Below are positions 28,727 to 38,089 of a stretch of 64,000 nt of DNA, one piece after another; positions within the stretch are counted from its first letter, which is position 1, and each line of letters opens with the position of its first letter. The DNA lies in NCBI GenBank assembly GCA_965116015.1, contig OZ220477.1, positions 711,940-775,939 on the forward strand. Direction: 5' to 3'. Made by a program: the position numbers and the translations under genes. The notes under the pieces were generated by a model. The model was not told where the DNA came from. It was given only the letters and a program-made list of their open reading frames with translations, and did no database searches. Source of the stretch: Dehalococcoidia bacterium. GTDB lineage: Bacteria; Chloroflexota; Dehalococcoidia; Lucifugimonadales; Australimonadaceae.

Positions 28727-30946
28727 CTACGCCTCCCTCAGCGCAGTGAGCAGCCGCTCCGCCGTCATCGGAAGGCTCCGCAGACGCACGCCCACAGCGT
28801 CGCGGATGGCGTTCGCGATTGCCGGCGCCACAGCAAGCAGCGGAGCTTCGCCTATCGCCTTTGCGCGGTACGGCCCCGATCCCCCGCCCGAGGGAACAAG
28901 CGCCGTCTCCATAGGCGGAATATCAGCCACATTAGGCAACTTGAAATCAGCAAACGACACCGTCGTAATCCGCCCCGCGTCGACGAGCAACTCTTCCTGC
29001 AACGCATAACCCAGGCCCATCGCCACCGCCCCGTTGATCTGACCCTGATGCGCTATCGGATTGATAACCATCCCCACATCATGAGCCGACGTGAACCGCA
29101 GGACCCGAATCTCCCCCGTCTCAACATCAACCTCCACCTCAGCAACCTGCGCCGCGAACGACGTATGCTCCGCCTGACCCGTAACCCGCGAACTCCCACG
29201 ACCGCTCACAACCCCGCCCGACGCCGCAAGCGCATCCCCCCACGCAACCGACTCACCTCCATCCGGCCTCCACACCCGCCCCCTCTCGCTCCTCAACCCC
29301 TCGCGCGGCCACCCCATCCACGCCGCCGCCGCCCGCAGAAGCTCCTCCAGAGCCGCCTCCGACGCCTCATGCACAGCGGGAACAGCCATCCGCGTCGTGC
29401 GGCTGCCTGCTACCCCCGAATCGAACGGAACAGCATCCGTATCCCACGCCTCCACCCGCACACCTTCAGCATCGATCCCCAGCGTCTCCGCCGCCGCCTG
29501 CGCGAACATCGTGTACGCCCCCGTCCCCGGCTCGAAGATCGGCGTCCTCACCACCGCCGTCCCGTCGGCGTTCAGCGCAACCTCCGCATGCGACTCCCCG
29601 CCGCCCGCCGGACGAGCGCACATCGCTATCCCTCGTCCCACATTCGCAGGCTTCGCCGTCCCGTACCCGCTGCGCTCCACAGCCGCCCGCAACGTCGCTT
29701 CCGCGCGCACATCCGCGAAAAGCTCGTCCATCGGCGTGCGCTCGCCGTCCCGCAGCACATTCCGCAACCGGAACTCCAGCGGATCCATCCCCAGCCGGCG
29801 CGCCGCCTCATCCAGGTGCGACTCAATAGCGAACGAGCCCTGAGCCTCGCCAGGACCCCGCATATACCCTCCCGGAACATTGTTCGTATACACATGACGC
29901 TGATCGAACCGCGCGTTCGGTATCCGCCAGTTCGCCGCGATGCGATCCACCCCCGCCAGCGCCCCCAGCGGCATCATCCCCGCGTACGCCCCGCTGTCGA
30001 ACCACATCTCCTGCAGGTGCGCCGTGATCTTCCCGTCCCGCTTCACCCCCGTCTTCACCCGCATCGCCGCCGAATGCTTCGGATTGCCCGCGCCAAGCTC
30101 CTCCGGCTGATCCATCGCCATCTTCACCGGGCGACCCGTCCGCGCCGACAACAGATACGCAAGAGGCTCGTCGAATGGCGCCGTCTTCGACCCGAAATCG
30201 CCCCCAACGTGCGCCGGATGCACCACGATCGACGATTCCTCCACCCCCACGGCTGCGGCCAGCGCCTGCCTCAGCCCGAACGGCGTCTTGTTCGACGCCC
30301 ACACATGCGCGCGGCCGCCAGCCTCAACCCAAACAACGCACGACCGCGGCTCGAAGAACGCCGGATGCGTCCGCGCGCAGCGATACTCATCCTCGAAAAT
30401 GAAATCCGCCTCCGCAAACCCCGCCTCCACATCCCCCAGCCCGAAACTCGCACTGAAGAATACGTTCGACGGCTGCTCAGGAGGCCTGCGGAAACCCTCG
30501 TAGCACCCCATATCCGGATGAATAAGCCGCGCCCCCTCCCGCACCGCCTCCAGCGGATCGAGCAGCGGCTCCGCCTCCTCGTAGTCCACAACAATCAGAT
30601 CCGCCGCCCGCTGCGCCGTCTCCTCGTCGTCAGCCGCCGCGACAGCAACCTTCTCCCCCGCGAACCGCGTCTCCCCCTGCGCCAGCAGAGGCGCGTCCCG
30701 CACCTGCCGCCCTTGCAGCAAACCCGCCACATCGGCGCCCGTCAGCACAGCCCGCACACCGTCGACCGCCAGCGCCCGCGACGCATCGATCGACCGTATC
30801 CGCGCGGCAGGGTAGGGGCTCCGAAGCGTCTTCGCCCACAGCGTCCCCGGCGGCAGCTCATCGAGCGCGTATCGCGCCGCCCCTGTCGTCTTCTCCCGCC
30901 CTTCCGTCCTCCCCGTCGGCTGGCCAATCACCCGATACGTCGTCAT
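28727..30946 (-). CDS. Molybdopterin-binding subunit of the xanthine dehydrogenase / aldehyde oxidase / CoxL family
   Basis: 739 aa. GREKTTGAARY, the GGDFGSK-type block (HVGGDFGSKT), GYMRGPGE and the C-terminal AIGEAPLLAVAPAIANAI. Confidence 0.85.
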   Translation of the reverse strand: MTTYRVIGQPTGRTEGREKTTGAARYALDELPPGTLWAKTLRSPYPAARIRSIDASRALAVDGVRAVLTGADVAGLLQGRQVRDAPLLAQGETRFAGEKVAVAAADDEETAQRAADLIVVDYEEAEPLLDPLEAVREGARLIHPDMGCYEGFRRPPEQPSNVFFSASFGLGDVEAGFAEADFIFEDEYRCARTHPAFFEPRSCVVWVEAGGRAHVWASNKTPFGLRQALAAAVGVEESSIVVHPAHVGGDFGSKTAPFDEPLAYLLSARTGRPVKMAMDQPEELGAGNPKHSAAMRVKTGVKRDGKITAHLQEMWFDSGAYAGMMPLGALAGVDRIAANWRIPNARFDQRHVYTNNVPGGYMRGPGEAQGSFAIESHLDEAARRLGMDPLEFRLRNVLRDGERTPMDELFADVRAEATLRAAVERSGYGTAKPANVGRGIAMCARPAGGGESHAEVALNADGTAVVRTPIFEPGTGAYTMFAQAAAETLGIDAEGVRVEAWDTDAVPFDSGVAGSRTTRMAVPAVHEASEAALEELLRAAAAWMGWPREGLRSERGRVWRPDGGESVAWGDALAASGGVVSGRGSSRVTGQAEHTSFAAQVAEVEVDVETGEIRVLRFTSAHDVGMVINPIAHQGQINGAVAMGLGYALQEELLVDAGRITTVSFADFKLPNVADIPPMETALVPSGGGSGPYRAKAIGEAPLLAVAPAIANAIRDAVGVRLRSLPMTAERLLTALREA

Positions 30947-31032
30947 CGCCGCCCCCTGAACGCGCCCCGCGCTATCCGCCCCAGCTAACCCGCGCGCGCC
31001 AGCAGTCCCTCCGCCCCCCTGACCGCCTCGCG

Positions 31033-31650
31033 CTAACCCTCCGACAGCGGCGCCACGCTGAACACCACCCGGAACGGCTTGCAGTAAATCGTCACCGATC
31101 CGTAATCGTCCGGCGACGCCTCCGCCGGCAGAGGATAGTTCTGGGAGCCGATGTTCCCCTTCAGCTTCCCCAGCTCCAGATACCCCCCGCTGTGAACATC
31201 GCTCCTGCCCTGCGGATCAGGATGCGCCGAAAGCAGCACGCGAAGATCCGGCCCGTTCGTCACCCGGAAATCCTCCAGCCGCAGCACGTGCGAGCCGTCC
31301 GCCAGCCGGTAGACCGCCGCCCGACCCGAACCCTTATGGAAGCTGTCCGCGTCGCGGAACATCCCCGCTTTCACCACAACCGCATCCCCGCCCCCCGCCG
31401 GCGGCGTCATCGGCTCCGTCATCTCATCGTCGATCATCGCGAGCGCCGCCATCGCCCCCTCCACCTGCTCGCGCGTCATCCCCGCCGGAACAACCCCGCC
31501 CGCACTGAACGGAAACTCCTCCTCCACCGTCGTGTTCAGAAAGAGCGGCGAGCCAAGCTGCCACGCCAGCGCCAGCGCAGGAGCCCCCACAACAACGCAC
31601 GCCGCCACGACGATCTTCCAGTGCGCGCGGATGAACCCACCAACGCTCAC
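31033..31650 (-). CDS. DM13-domain protein with an N-terminal TM anchor
   Basis: C-terminal FHKGSGRAAVYRLADGSHVLRLEDFRVTNGPDLRVLL...YGSVTIYCKPFRVVFS fits DM13. The GTG start forms a GTGA overlap with the qor stop. Confidence 0.6.
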   Translation of the reverse strand: MSVGGFIRAHWKIVVAACVVVGAPALALAWQLGSPLFLNTTVEEEFPFSAGGVVPAGMTREQVEGAMAALAMIDDEMTEPMTPPAGGGDAVVVKAGMFRDADSFHKGSGRAAVYRLADGSHVLRLEDFRVTNGPDLRVLLSAHPDPQGRSDVHSGGYLELGKLKGNIGSQNYPLPAEASPDDYGSVTIYCKPFRVVFSVAPLSEG

Positions 31651-32615
31651 GGAAGCAACAGCGCCTTTCCCGTCGTGCGACGGCCCTCGAGCGCCCGGTG
31701 AGCCTCCGCAGCATCCGCCAGCGCGAACGTCGCCCCAACCCGAACGCGCAACTCCCCCGACGCGATCCACCCGAACAGCTCCCCCGCGCGCCAGTCAAGC
31801 TCCTCCCGCGTCCGCGTGTAGCTCCCCAGCGTCGGACGCGTCAGAAACAACGACCCCTTCGCGTTCAGCATCTGCGGATCCATCGGCGGAACACGCCCGC
31901 TTGACTGACCGAACAGCGCAAGCAGCCCGCGCTCCGCCAAACAATCCAGGCTCCCCTCGAACGTATCCCTCCCCACCGAGTCGTACGCCACCTGCACGCC
32001 CTCCCCGCCGGTAAGACGCCTCACCTCCGCGACGAAATCCTGCTCCGTATACAGAATCACCTCGTCCGCCCCCGCATCGCGCGCCAGCTCCGCCTTCTCC
32101 TCCGTCGACACCGTCCCGATAACGCGCGCCCCGCGCATCTTGGCCATCTGCGTCAGCAGCAGCCCCACGCCTCCCGCCGCCGCATGCGCAAGACAGGTAT
32201 GGCCCGGCCCAAGCGGGAACGTCGACGTCGCCAGAAAGTGCGCCGTCATCCCCTGCAGCAGTGCCGCCGCCCCCGTCGCCGCATCGATCCCCTCCGGCAG
32301 CTTCACCAGCCTGCTCGCCGGCGCGAGCGCCAGCTCCGCGTACGACGCCGGAACCCCGCTGAACGCCACCCTGTCCCCGATCGCCACATCGCTCACACCC
32401 TCGCCCACCGCCACAACCTCGCCTGCCCCCTCCTGTCCCGCAGTATGCGGCAGCGCAACGCTATACGCCCCCGACCGCTGATACGTATCAATGAAATTCA
32501 CCCCGCACGCGCCGAGCCGCACCACCGCCTCGCCCGGCCCGGGCTCCGGCTCCGCAACATCCTCATGCCGCAATACCTCCGGACCGCCGAACTCATGAAA
32601 CCGAACAGCCTTCAC
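31647..32615 (-). CDS. qor: NADPH:quinone oxidoreductase (zeta-crystallin, MDR family)
   Basis: VKAVRFHEFGGPEVL, GVNFIDTY, HAAAGGVGLLL. GTG at 32615 after GAGGAGG. Confidence 0.8.
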   Translation of the reverse strand: MKAVRFHEFGGPEVLRHEDVAEPEPGPGEAVVRLGACGVNFIDTYQRSGAYSVALPHTAGQEGAGEVVAVGEGVSDVAIGDRVAFSGVPASYAELALAPASRLVKLPEGIDAATGAAALLQGMTAHFLATSTFPLGPGHTCLAHAAAGGVGLLLTQMAKMRGARVIGTVSTEEKAELARDAGADEVILYTEQDFVAEVRRLTGGEGVQVAYDSVGRDTFEGSLDCLAERGLLALFGQSSGRVPPMDPQMLNAKGSLFLTRPTLGSYTRTREELDWRAGELFGWIASGELRVRVGATFALADAAEAHRALEGRRTTGKALLLP

Positions 32616-32737
32616 CGCGCCCTCCTCAGCGCCTAAGCGCGAACTCCCCACATAGTACCCCAACCCCCGCAGCCGCCTACAACCCCAGAGAACCCCCGGC
32701 GCTCATTCACTCGCCCCCGCGCGCCGGCGCGGACGCG

Positions 32738-33235
32738 TCACACAAGCATCCGGTACAGCGGCGGCGTCAGCAAACCAGCCACGATAGGGAAGGGGAGGTT
32801 CACCAGCAGCCGGCTGCTGGTGAACGCCCCGCCCAGAAACGGCAGCTCCCACATCATCGTTCGCGTAACAGGAATCGTGTTCCACGCCGTAAGAAACGCC
32901 GCCACAGCCCCCACCCCCGCCCCCGACAGGAAAATCGAACCTGCAAGCGGAATAACCACGTATGGCCCCCCGGGAACCACCGCCCCCACAGCCGTCCCGA
33001 TAAGAATGCCCGTAAACCCCGACTCCTCCCCCATCCACCGCGTGATGACCTCCTCCGGCAGAATTACCTGCGTCATCGCCGCCAGCAGCATCCCCAGAAC
33101 CAGCATCCGGGCCACCGACCGCAACAGCAACAGGCTCGTAACCCCGCCCTGCCGCAGACCAGCGAACCCCTGCTTCCGAACAACCAGCGCAGCCGTCAGC
33201 GCCGTCAGACCCGCCAGCAGATAAGTCGCCGTCAC
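32738..33235 (-). CDS. Half-size permease (predicted-permease/DUF318-like), paralog 2
   Basis: Hydrophobic, with GAVVPGGPYVVIPLAGSIFLSGAGVGAVAAFLTAW. Paralogous to the upstream gene. GTGA start/stop overlap. Confidence 0.5.
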   Translation of the reverse strand: MTATYLLAGLTALTAALVVRKQGFAGLRQGGVTSLLLLRSVARMLVLGMLLAAMTQVILPEEVITRWMGEESGFTGILIGTAVGAVVPGGPYVVIPLAGSIFLSGAGVGAVAAFLTAWNTIPVTRTMMWELPFLGGAFTSSRLLVNLPFPIVAGLLTPPLYRMLV

Positions 33236-33828
33236 GTCGCGTCCTCGCCCTTCCCCGCCCCGATCCGCGACCGCGCCGACTCCTGCGCGCGCTTCGGCGT
33301 CAACCGGAACGCCAGCGGCACGAGCGCCGTCGCAACAACCACAAGCCACACCGTCGCCAGCGTCCGGCCTATCGCCAGACCCGGCCCCAGAAACGGCATC
33401 TCATACACCAGAAACCGGTTCACCGTAAACAGATTCCGCGCCGCAGTGAACGCCGCTATCGACGTAACCCCCGCCCCGCCGTGCATAAGCGCCGCCGCTA
33501 TCGGATACATCACATACGGCCCCCCCGGCGACAGCGCCCCTGCCGCCGCCCCGATCAGCGCCCCTCGCACGCTCGCCTCGTCCCCCATCCACCGCCCAAC
33601 CGTGCTCGGAGGAAACAGCGCCGTCAGCAAACCCGCCAGCAGAAACCCCAGAACCAGCGCAGGCCCTGCCCGCGCCACAAGATCAATCGCCCCCGCCCCG
33701 CCGTCCAGCAGACCCTCCGCCCCGTGCAGCGCGAACGCAACCCCCGACACAATCGCAAGCAACGAACCCATCGTGATGAGCGAAGGATCCCGCAGCCACG
33801 ACCTTCGACCCCCAGACTCACGCGCCAC
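33232..33828 (-). CDS. Half-size permease (predicted-permease/DUF318-like), paralog 1
   Basis: GALSPGGPYVMYPIAAALMHGGAGVTSIAAFTAARN aligns with paralog 2. Confidence 0.5.
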   Translation of the reverse strand: MARESGGRRSWLRDPSLITMGSLLAIVSGVAFALHGAEGLLDGGAGAIDLVARAGPALVLGFLLAGLLTALFPPSTVGRWMGDEASVRGALIGAAAGALSPGGPYVMYPIAAALMHGGAGVTSIAAFTAARNLFTVNRFLVYEMPFLGPGLAIGRTLATVWLVVVATALVPLAFRLTPKRAQESARSRIGAGKGEDAT

Positions 33829-33855
33829 GTGAACCCCTCCCTGACGCGAATGTCC

Positions 33856-34569
33856 TCAGCCGACGTCCATCCGGCCAAGACGCCGCGCCGTCAGCAGAAA
33901 AAACACCACCGTAACCGCCGCCGCGCCCCCCAGCGCCCACGGAAGCTCAATAGCAAACTCGCTGCTGCTGAACATCGCCTCGTCCAGCCCTTGCATCGTC
34001 CCCATCGCATAACTGCGCATGCTAAAGTAACGCAGATTGCTCAGAAATCCCGTAAGCAGCCCCTCCCAGATAAGCACGTAGATCAGCCCGAACCCCAGCG
34101 CCCGCGTCGTCAGCAAACCCGCCCACGTGAACACCGTCGCATACGCCGCAACCCCCACCAACGCCCCCGCACCCGCCGCGAGCCACGCCGACCCTCCCGC
34201 ATCAGGGTGCATCATCGTAATCAGCGCCGCCGTCGCGAACATCAGCGGCCCCGCCACCACAACCGTCGCAACCAGCTTGGCCAGAACAATCATCGCCCGC
34301 GACACAGGCTTCGTCACAAGCAAGCTCAGCGTGCGATCCTCCACCTCATTGCCGAACGCGCTCGTCGCAAGCACAAGCGTCGACAGCGGCAGCACAATCG
34401 ACATCACCACCCCCTCCAGAATCGGCCCCGTCAGAACATCCCCCCCCTGACCAGTCGACCGAAGCAACGCCGCAAGCCCCAAAGGCAGCAACCCCAGCAC
34501 GATCAACAGCGCAGCCTTCCGCGGCGTCAACGCCTGACGCAGCGCCAAACTGAACAGCGCGCCCGTCAA
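33856..34569 (-). CDS. ABC-2-type transporter permease
   Basis: Six predicted TM helices. Overlaps the upstream ATPase stop by 4 nt. Confidence 0.65.
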   Translation of the reverse strand: MTGALFSLALRQALTPRKAALLIVLGLLPLGLAALLRSTGQGGDVLTGPILEGVVMSIVLPLSTLVLATSAFGNEVEDRTLSLLVTKPVSRAMIVLAKLVATVVVAGPLMFATAALITMMHPDAGGSAWLAAGAGALVGVAAYATVFTWAGLLTTRALGFGLIYVLIWEGLLTGFLSNLRYFSMRSYAMGTMQGLDEAMFSSSEFAIELPWALGGAAAVTVVFFLLTARRLGRMDVG

Positions 34570-35549
34570 CGCCGCACCACGTAGGAGAACACGCTCTCCA
34601 GCGAATCATCCAGCGGCTCAACCCTGTACAGGCGGCAGCCGATCTCCTGCGCTAGCCTCGGCGCCGTCCGCTGCAACTCCCCGATATCCCACGTCCGCAC
34701 CTCGATCCCGCTCTCACCCAGCGACACCGACTCCACAGACTCCATCCCCACAAGCGCCGACGCCAGCTCACGCTGAGCCGACGCCGCAATCCGCACGTGA
34801 AACGGCCGCTCGTCCAGCTTCTCCCGTATCGCCCGGAAATCGCCGGACGCCGCAAGCTTCCCGCTCACCACCAGCAGAATCCTGTCCGCCAGCGCCTCGA
34901 TCTCCTCAAGAATGTGCGAGGAAATCAGCACCGTCTTCCCCGCAGCCGCAAGACCCCGCACAAAGTCCATGAAATGAACCCGCTGCCGCGGATCCGTCCC
35001 GTTCAGCGGCTCGTCCAGCAGCAGAACCTCAGGATCGTGCGCCAGCGACGCCGCCAGCCGTATCCGCTGCCGCATCCCCCGCGAATACGTCCCCGTCGGC
35101 CTGTTCTGCGCCTCCTCCATATCCACCGCGCGGATAATCTCGTCCACAACCTGCTCGTCCCGCATCCCCTGAAGCCGCGCCCCAAGCCGCACGAACTCCC
35201 TGCCCGTCATGAACGGATACAGCGCATCGCTATCAAGCATCACCCCCAAACGCCGGTACAGCCCGATATTCCGCGACACCGGCTCACCCAGCACGCGAAC
35301 GCTCCCGTGCGACGGCTGCGCCAAACCGCACATCATGCTCAGCAGCGTCGTCTTCCCCGCCCCGTTCGGCCCCAGCACCCCCGTGATCCCGGGACCCACA
35401 TCGAACGACACCTCGTTCACCGCCACAACGCTCCCGTACCACTTCGAAACGCCACGCAACTCTATCGTCGCGCCCCCCTCGCCCCCCGCAGACGAACCCC
35501 CCTCCGGGAGCCGCGCCGAATCTTGCCGCCCAGCCCCCTCCAGCGTCAT
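34566..35549 (-). CDS. ABC transporter ATP-binding protein
   Basis: GPNGAGKTT Walker A, YSRGMRQR signature, LLLDEP Walker B. ATGA overlap with the upstream gene. Confidence 0.85.
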   Translation of the reverse strand: MTLEGAGRQDSARLPEGGSSAGGEGGATIELRGVSKWYGSVVAVNEVSFDVGPGITGVLGPNGAGKTTLLSMMCGLAQPSHGSVRVLGEPVSRNIGLYRRLGVMLDSDALYPFMTGREFVRLGARLQGMRDEQVVDEIIRAVDMEEAQNRPTGTYSRGMRQRIRLAASLAHDPEVLLLDEPLNGTDPRQRVHFMDFVRGLAAAGKTVLISSHILEEIEALADRILLVVSGKLAASGDFRAIREKLDERPFHVRIAASAQRELASALVGMESVESVSLGESGIEVRTWDIGELQRTAPRLAQEIGCRLYRVEPLDDSLESVFSYVVRR

Positions 35550-36520
35550 AGCCGTATCCTCCGGTAACGGCTCCACAGCAGCGCGCCAGCGCCCACAGTA
35601 ATCAGCAGATACGCCGCTACAGGAAACGCGTCGTGCAGCTCCGACACCGCAATCGCCGACGGAGCAGCCTGCCCGGGAACGATCTCAACCCCGAACACCC
35701 GATTATTGATGTTGTCCGTAAGTCCGCTCACATTCAGCAGCCCCACATACGGCGCGAAATCCCCAATGAAATACTCGCACCCCTCGGCGCTCGCCGCCGT
35801 AACCTCGCCGTTCTCCGCCTCGCTCGTGATCGCGCAGTCCCCCTCGTACGACGTCAGAGCATCGCTCGTCGCATTCAGAATCAGCCACGCCGCTATCACA
35901 AACGTCGCCGCGTAAACCCGCCGCGTCGTGAACGCCGACACCGCCATCGGCGCAATCGAAATGAGCGCCGCTATCGCCGCCCCCACAAGCAGAATGCGCC
36001 AAACAACATCCCAATTCTCCCGAATGTACTCCAACGAGTCGCTGGAAGTGAGAATAAGCCCCGCCTGCAGCACAATCTGCCCCGAGTACACCAGCGCGAG
36101 CACAATAACGAAAAACGCCAGAAAACGCGCCAGCAGATAATCCGTCGGCGTCAGCGGACGCACCAGATACAGCGGCAGCACATTGTCCCGCCTGTCCGGC
36201 GCCAGAAGCTCCGGCGCCATAATCGCCGCGAACAGTATCAGAATCGCGCTCACCACAGAGTAGTAGTCCGCCGGACCCGGAATGAAACTGTCCACGCCCT
36301 CCCCAACAAACGTCAGGATAATGGCGAACACCACAGCCGGCGCCATCGCCGCAACGAAAAGCGTAATCGGCAGAATCTTCGCCCTCCCCCCTCGCCCGAT
36401 GCCAAGCATCGTGCGCAACCCGTTCTCGAACAACGCCCGCCGCGCCCTGTTCCGTCCCTCCCGAGGCCCCCGATACCGCTGGTACCCCAGGTCGTAAACT
36501 TCCGCCTCGCGCGCCCTCAC
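35546..36520 (-). CDS. ABC transporter-associated integral membrane protein
   Basis: 324 aa, multiple TM helices, sits between the two ATPase genes. Confidence 0.55.
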   Translation of the reverse strand: MRAREAEVYDLGYQRYRGPREGRNRARRALFENGLRTMLGIGRGGRAKILPITLFVAAMAPAVVFAIILTFVGEGVDSFIPGPADYYSVVSAILILFAAIMAPELLAPDRRDNVLPLYLVRPLTPTDYLLARFLAFFVIVLALVYSGQIVLQAGLILTSSDSLEYIRENWDVVWRILLVGAAIAALISIAPMAVSAFTTRRVYAATFVIAAWLILNATSDALTSYEGDCAITSEAENGEVTAASAEGCEYFIGDFAPYVGLLNVSGLTDNINNRVFGVEIVPGQAAPSAIAVSELHDAFPVAAYLLITVGAGALLWSRYRRIRL

Positions 36521-37419
36521 CCTGCGCCGCCCCTGAAAATGTCAGTCAGCTCCCGGCGCCCCGGCATAAGCCGCCGCAGACGAGCCCCCGACTCCACCGC
36601 CGCATCGCGGATAAGATCGTAGTCCCCCTCCCCGGCCTGCTCGATCACGAACGCCTGCCCGTGATCCTCAACCCTCGCCCCCTTCGCCGCAAGCGCCGCC
36701 CCAAACTCCTCATGACGATCCGCCACCTCGATAGTCAGCGCCTCGGTCTCCTCCGTCAGCTTCTCGACCGCACCCTCCTGCGCGAGCGCCCCAGACTCCA
36801 GCACAATCACCGCATCCGCCGTGCGCTCAATATCCCCCATCAGATGCGTCGACAGCATCACATTGATCCCGAACGCGTCCCACGTCCGCCTGATCAAACG
36901 CAGCATCTCCTGACGGCTATCCGGATCCAGACCCACCGTCGGCTCATCAAGCAGAACCAGCGCCGGATCGTGAACGATAGCCTGCGCCAGCTTCACCTTC
37001 TGCTTCATCCCCATCGAGTACTCCCCGATAGAGCGATACCGCTCCTCGTCAAGCCCCACATGCCGGAGCATATCCGCAGCCCGCGTCCGCGCCGCGTCCG
37101 GCGGTATCCCGCTCACCTGCGCCATATGCATCAGAAACTCCGACGCCGTCACATTCCGCGGCAGCGAATCATCCTGCGGCATATACCCGATCCGAGCTCG
37201 CCCATCGAGCGACTGATACGGCTCCTCCCCCAGCAGCATCGCCGTCCCCGACGTCGGCCGAATCAAACCCAGAAACAGCTTCATCGCCGTGCTCTTCCCT
37301 GCGCCGTTCGGCCCCAGCAGCCCCGTAACCCCCTCGTTCACATCGAACGTAACCCCATCGAGCGCTAGCGTCTTGCCATAGCGCTTAGTCAGATCGCGGG
37401 CTTCCAAAAGAGCTGGCAT
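36517..37419 (-). CDS. ABC transporter ATP-binding protein
   Basis: GPNGAGKST, YSMGMKQK, VLLDEPTVGLD. I prefer MPALLEARDL (ATG 37419). The longer ORF to 37527 runs into the CRISPR array. Confidence 0.85.
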   Translation of the reverse strand: MPALLEARDLTKRYGKTLALDGVTFDVNEGVTGLLGPNGAGKSTAMKLFLGLIRPTSGTAMLLGEEPYQSLDGRARIGYMPQDDSLPRNVTASEFLMHMAQVSGIPPDAARTRAADMLRHVGLDEERYRSIGEYSMGMKQKVKLAQAIVHDPALVLLDEPTVGLDPDSRQEMLRLIRRTWDAFGINVMLSTHLMGDIERTADAVIVLESGALAQEGAVEKLTEETEALTIEVADRHEEFGAALAAKGARVEDHGQAFVIEQAGEGDYDLIRDAAVESGARLRRLMPGRRELTDIFRGGAG

Positions 37420-37492
37420 CGCGCCCGATTCTACCACAGCCCCCACGACGCAACCCGCCCCGCGCCCGTTCCACCGCCGGAGGCCCCGCCCC

Positions 37493-37764
37493 CCTATATC
37501 CCCCCACGCGCAGGCCATCCGTCGCATGGCTGCCGGTCGAATCGCCCGACCCCTCTATATCCCCCCGCGCGCAGACCATCCTCACCAAGGCTAAGAAGCA
37601 GCTCGACCGCCTGGTCTATATCCCCCCGCGCGCAGACCATCCTCGGCGTAGAAGTCCGAGGCGGCCTTCAGTAGGTCTATATCCCCCCGCGCGCAGACCA
37701 TCCTTGCGAATATTGCGGCAACTCAACTGCGAGGACTCTATATCCCCCCGCGCGCAGACCATCC
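37493..37764 (-). CRISPR. Orphan CRISPR array: 5 repeats (28-29 nt) and 4 unique spacers (32-33 nt), period exactly 61
   Basis: tctatatccccccgcgcgcagaccatcc occurs at 37554, 37615, 37676 and 37737, all identical. A degenerate copy at 37493 has 3 mismatches. Its reverse complement, GGATGGTCTGCGCGCGGGGGGATATAGA, has the I-E-like 3' GGGGATA.A. The orientation call rests on that and on the degenerate distal repeat. Confidence 0.75.
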
Positions 37765-37893
37765 CCCGACGCGCCCTTGCGCCCTTAGCGCTGCGAGCGT
37801 AACCCCGCCCATCCCCCGCCACTCCGCCCATCGCCGCCATCCATCTCCCCCATCGTCCCCACAAGCGAGAAATCCCGCGTCTCCTCGTTCCCT

Positions 37894-38066
37894 CGTGTGC
37901 GGCCCCGCGACGCCCGAGCAACGTCCTGCCGCCCCCTTGCCTCGCCCCATAGCGTTCCCCCCGCGCGACCCTCTCCCCGCAGCGTCCCCCGTGTGCGGCC
38001 CCGCGACGCCCGAGCAACGTCCTGCCGCCTCTTGCCTCGCCCCTAACGTCCCCCCGCGCTACCCCG
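37894..38066. repeat. Two-copy 96-bp tandem repeat between the CRISPR array and icmF
   Basis: cgtgtgcggccccgcgacgcccgagcaacgtcctgccgcc...ttgcctcgcccc...ccccccgcgc at 37894 and 37990. Confidence 0.8.
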
Positions 38067-38089
38067 CTCCCCGCGATATACTCCGCGCA

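Noticed and set aside
37950-38066. The ccccccgcgcg cores inside the 96-bp repeats, considered as extra degenerate CRISPR repeats extending the 37.5-kb array.
   Set aside because: Their distances from the last true repeat (213 and 306 nt) are out of phase with the 61-nt period, and the flanking repeat positions do not match.
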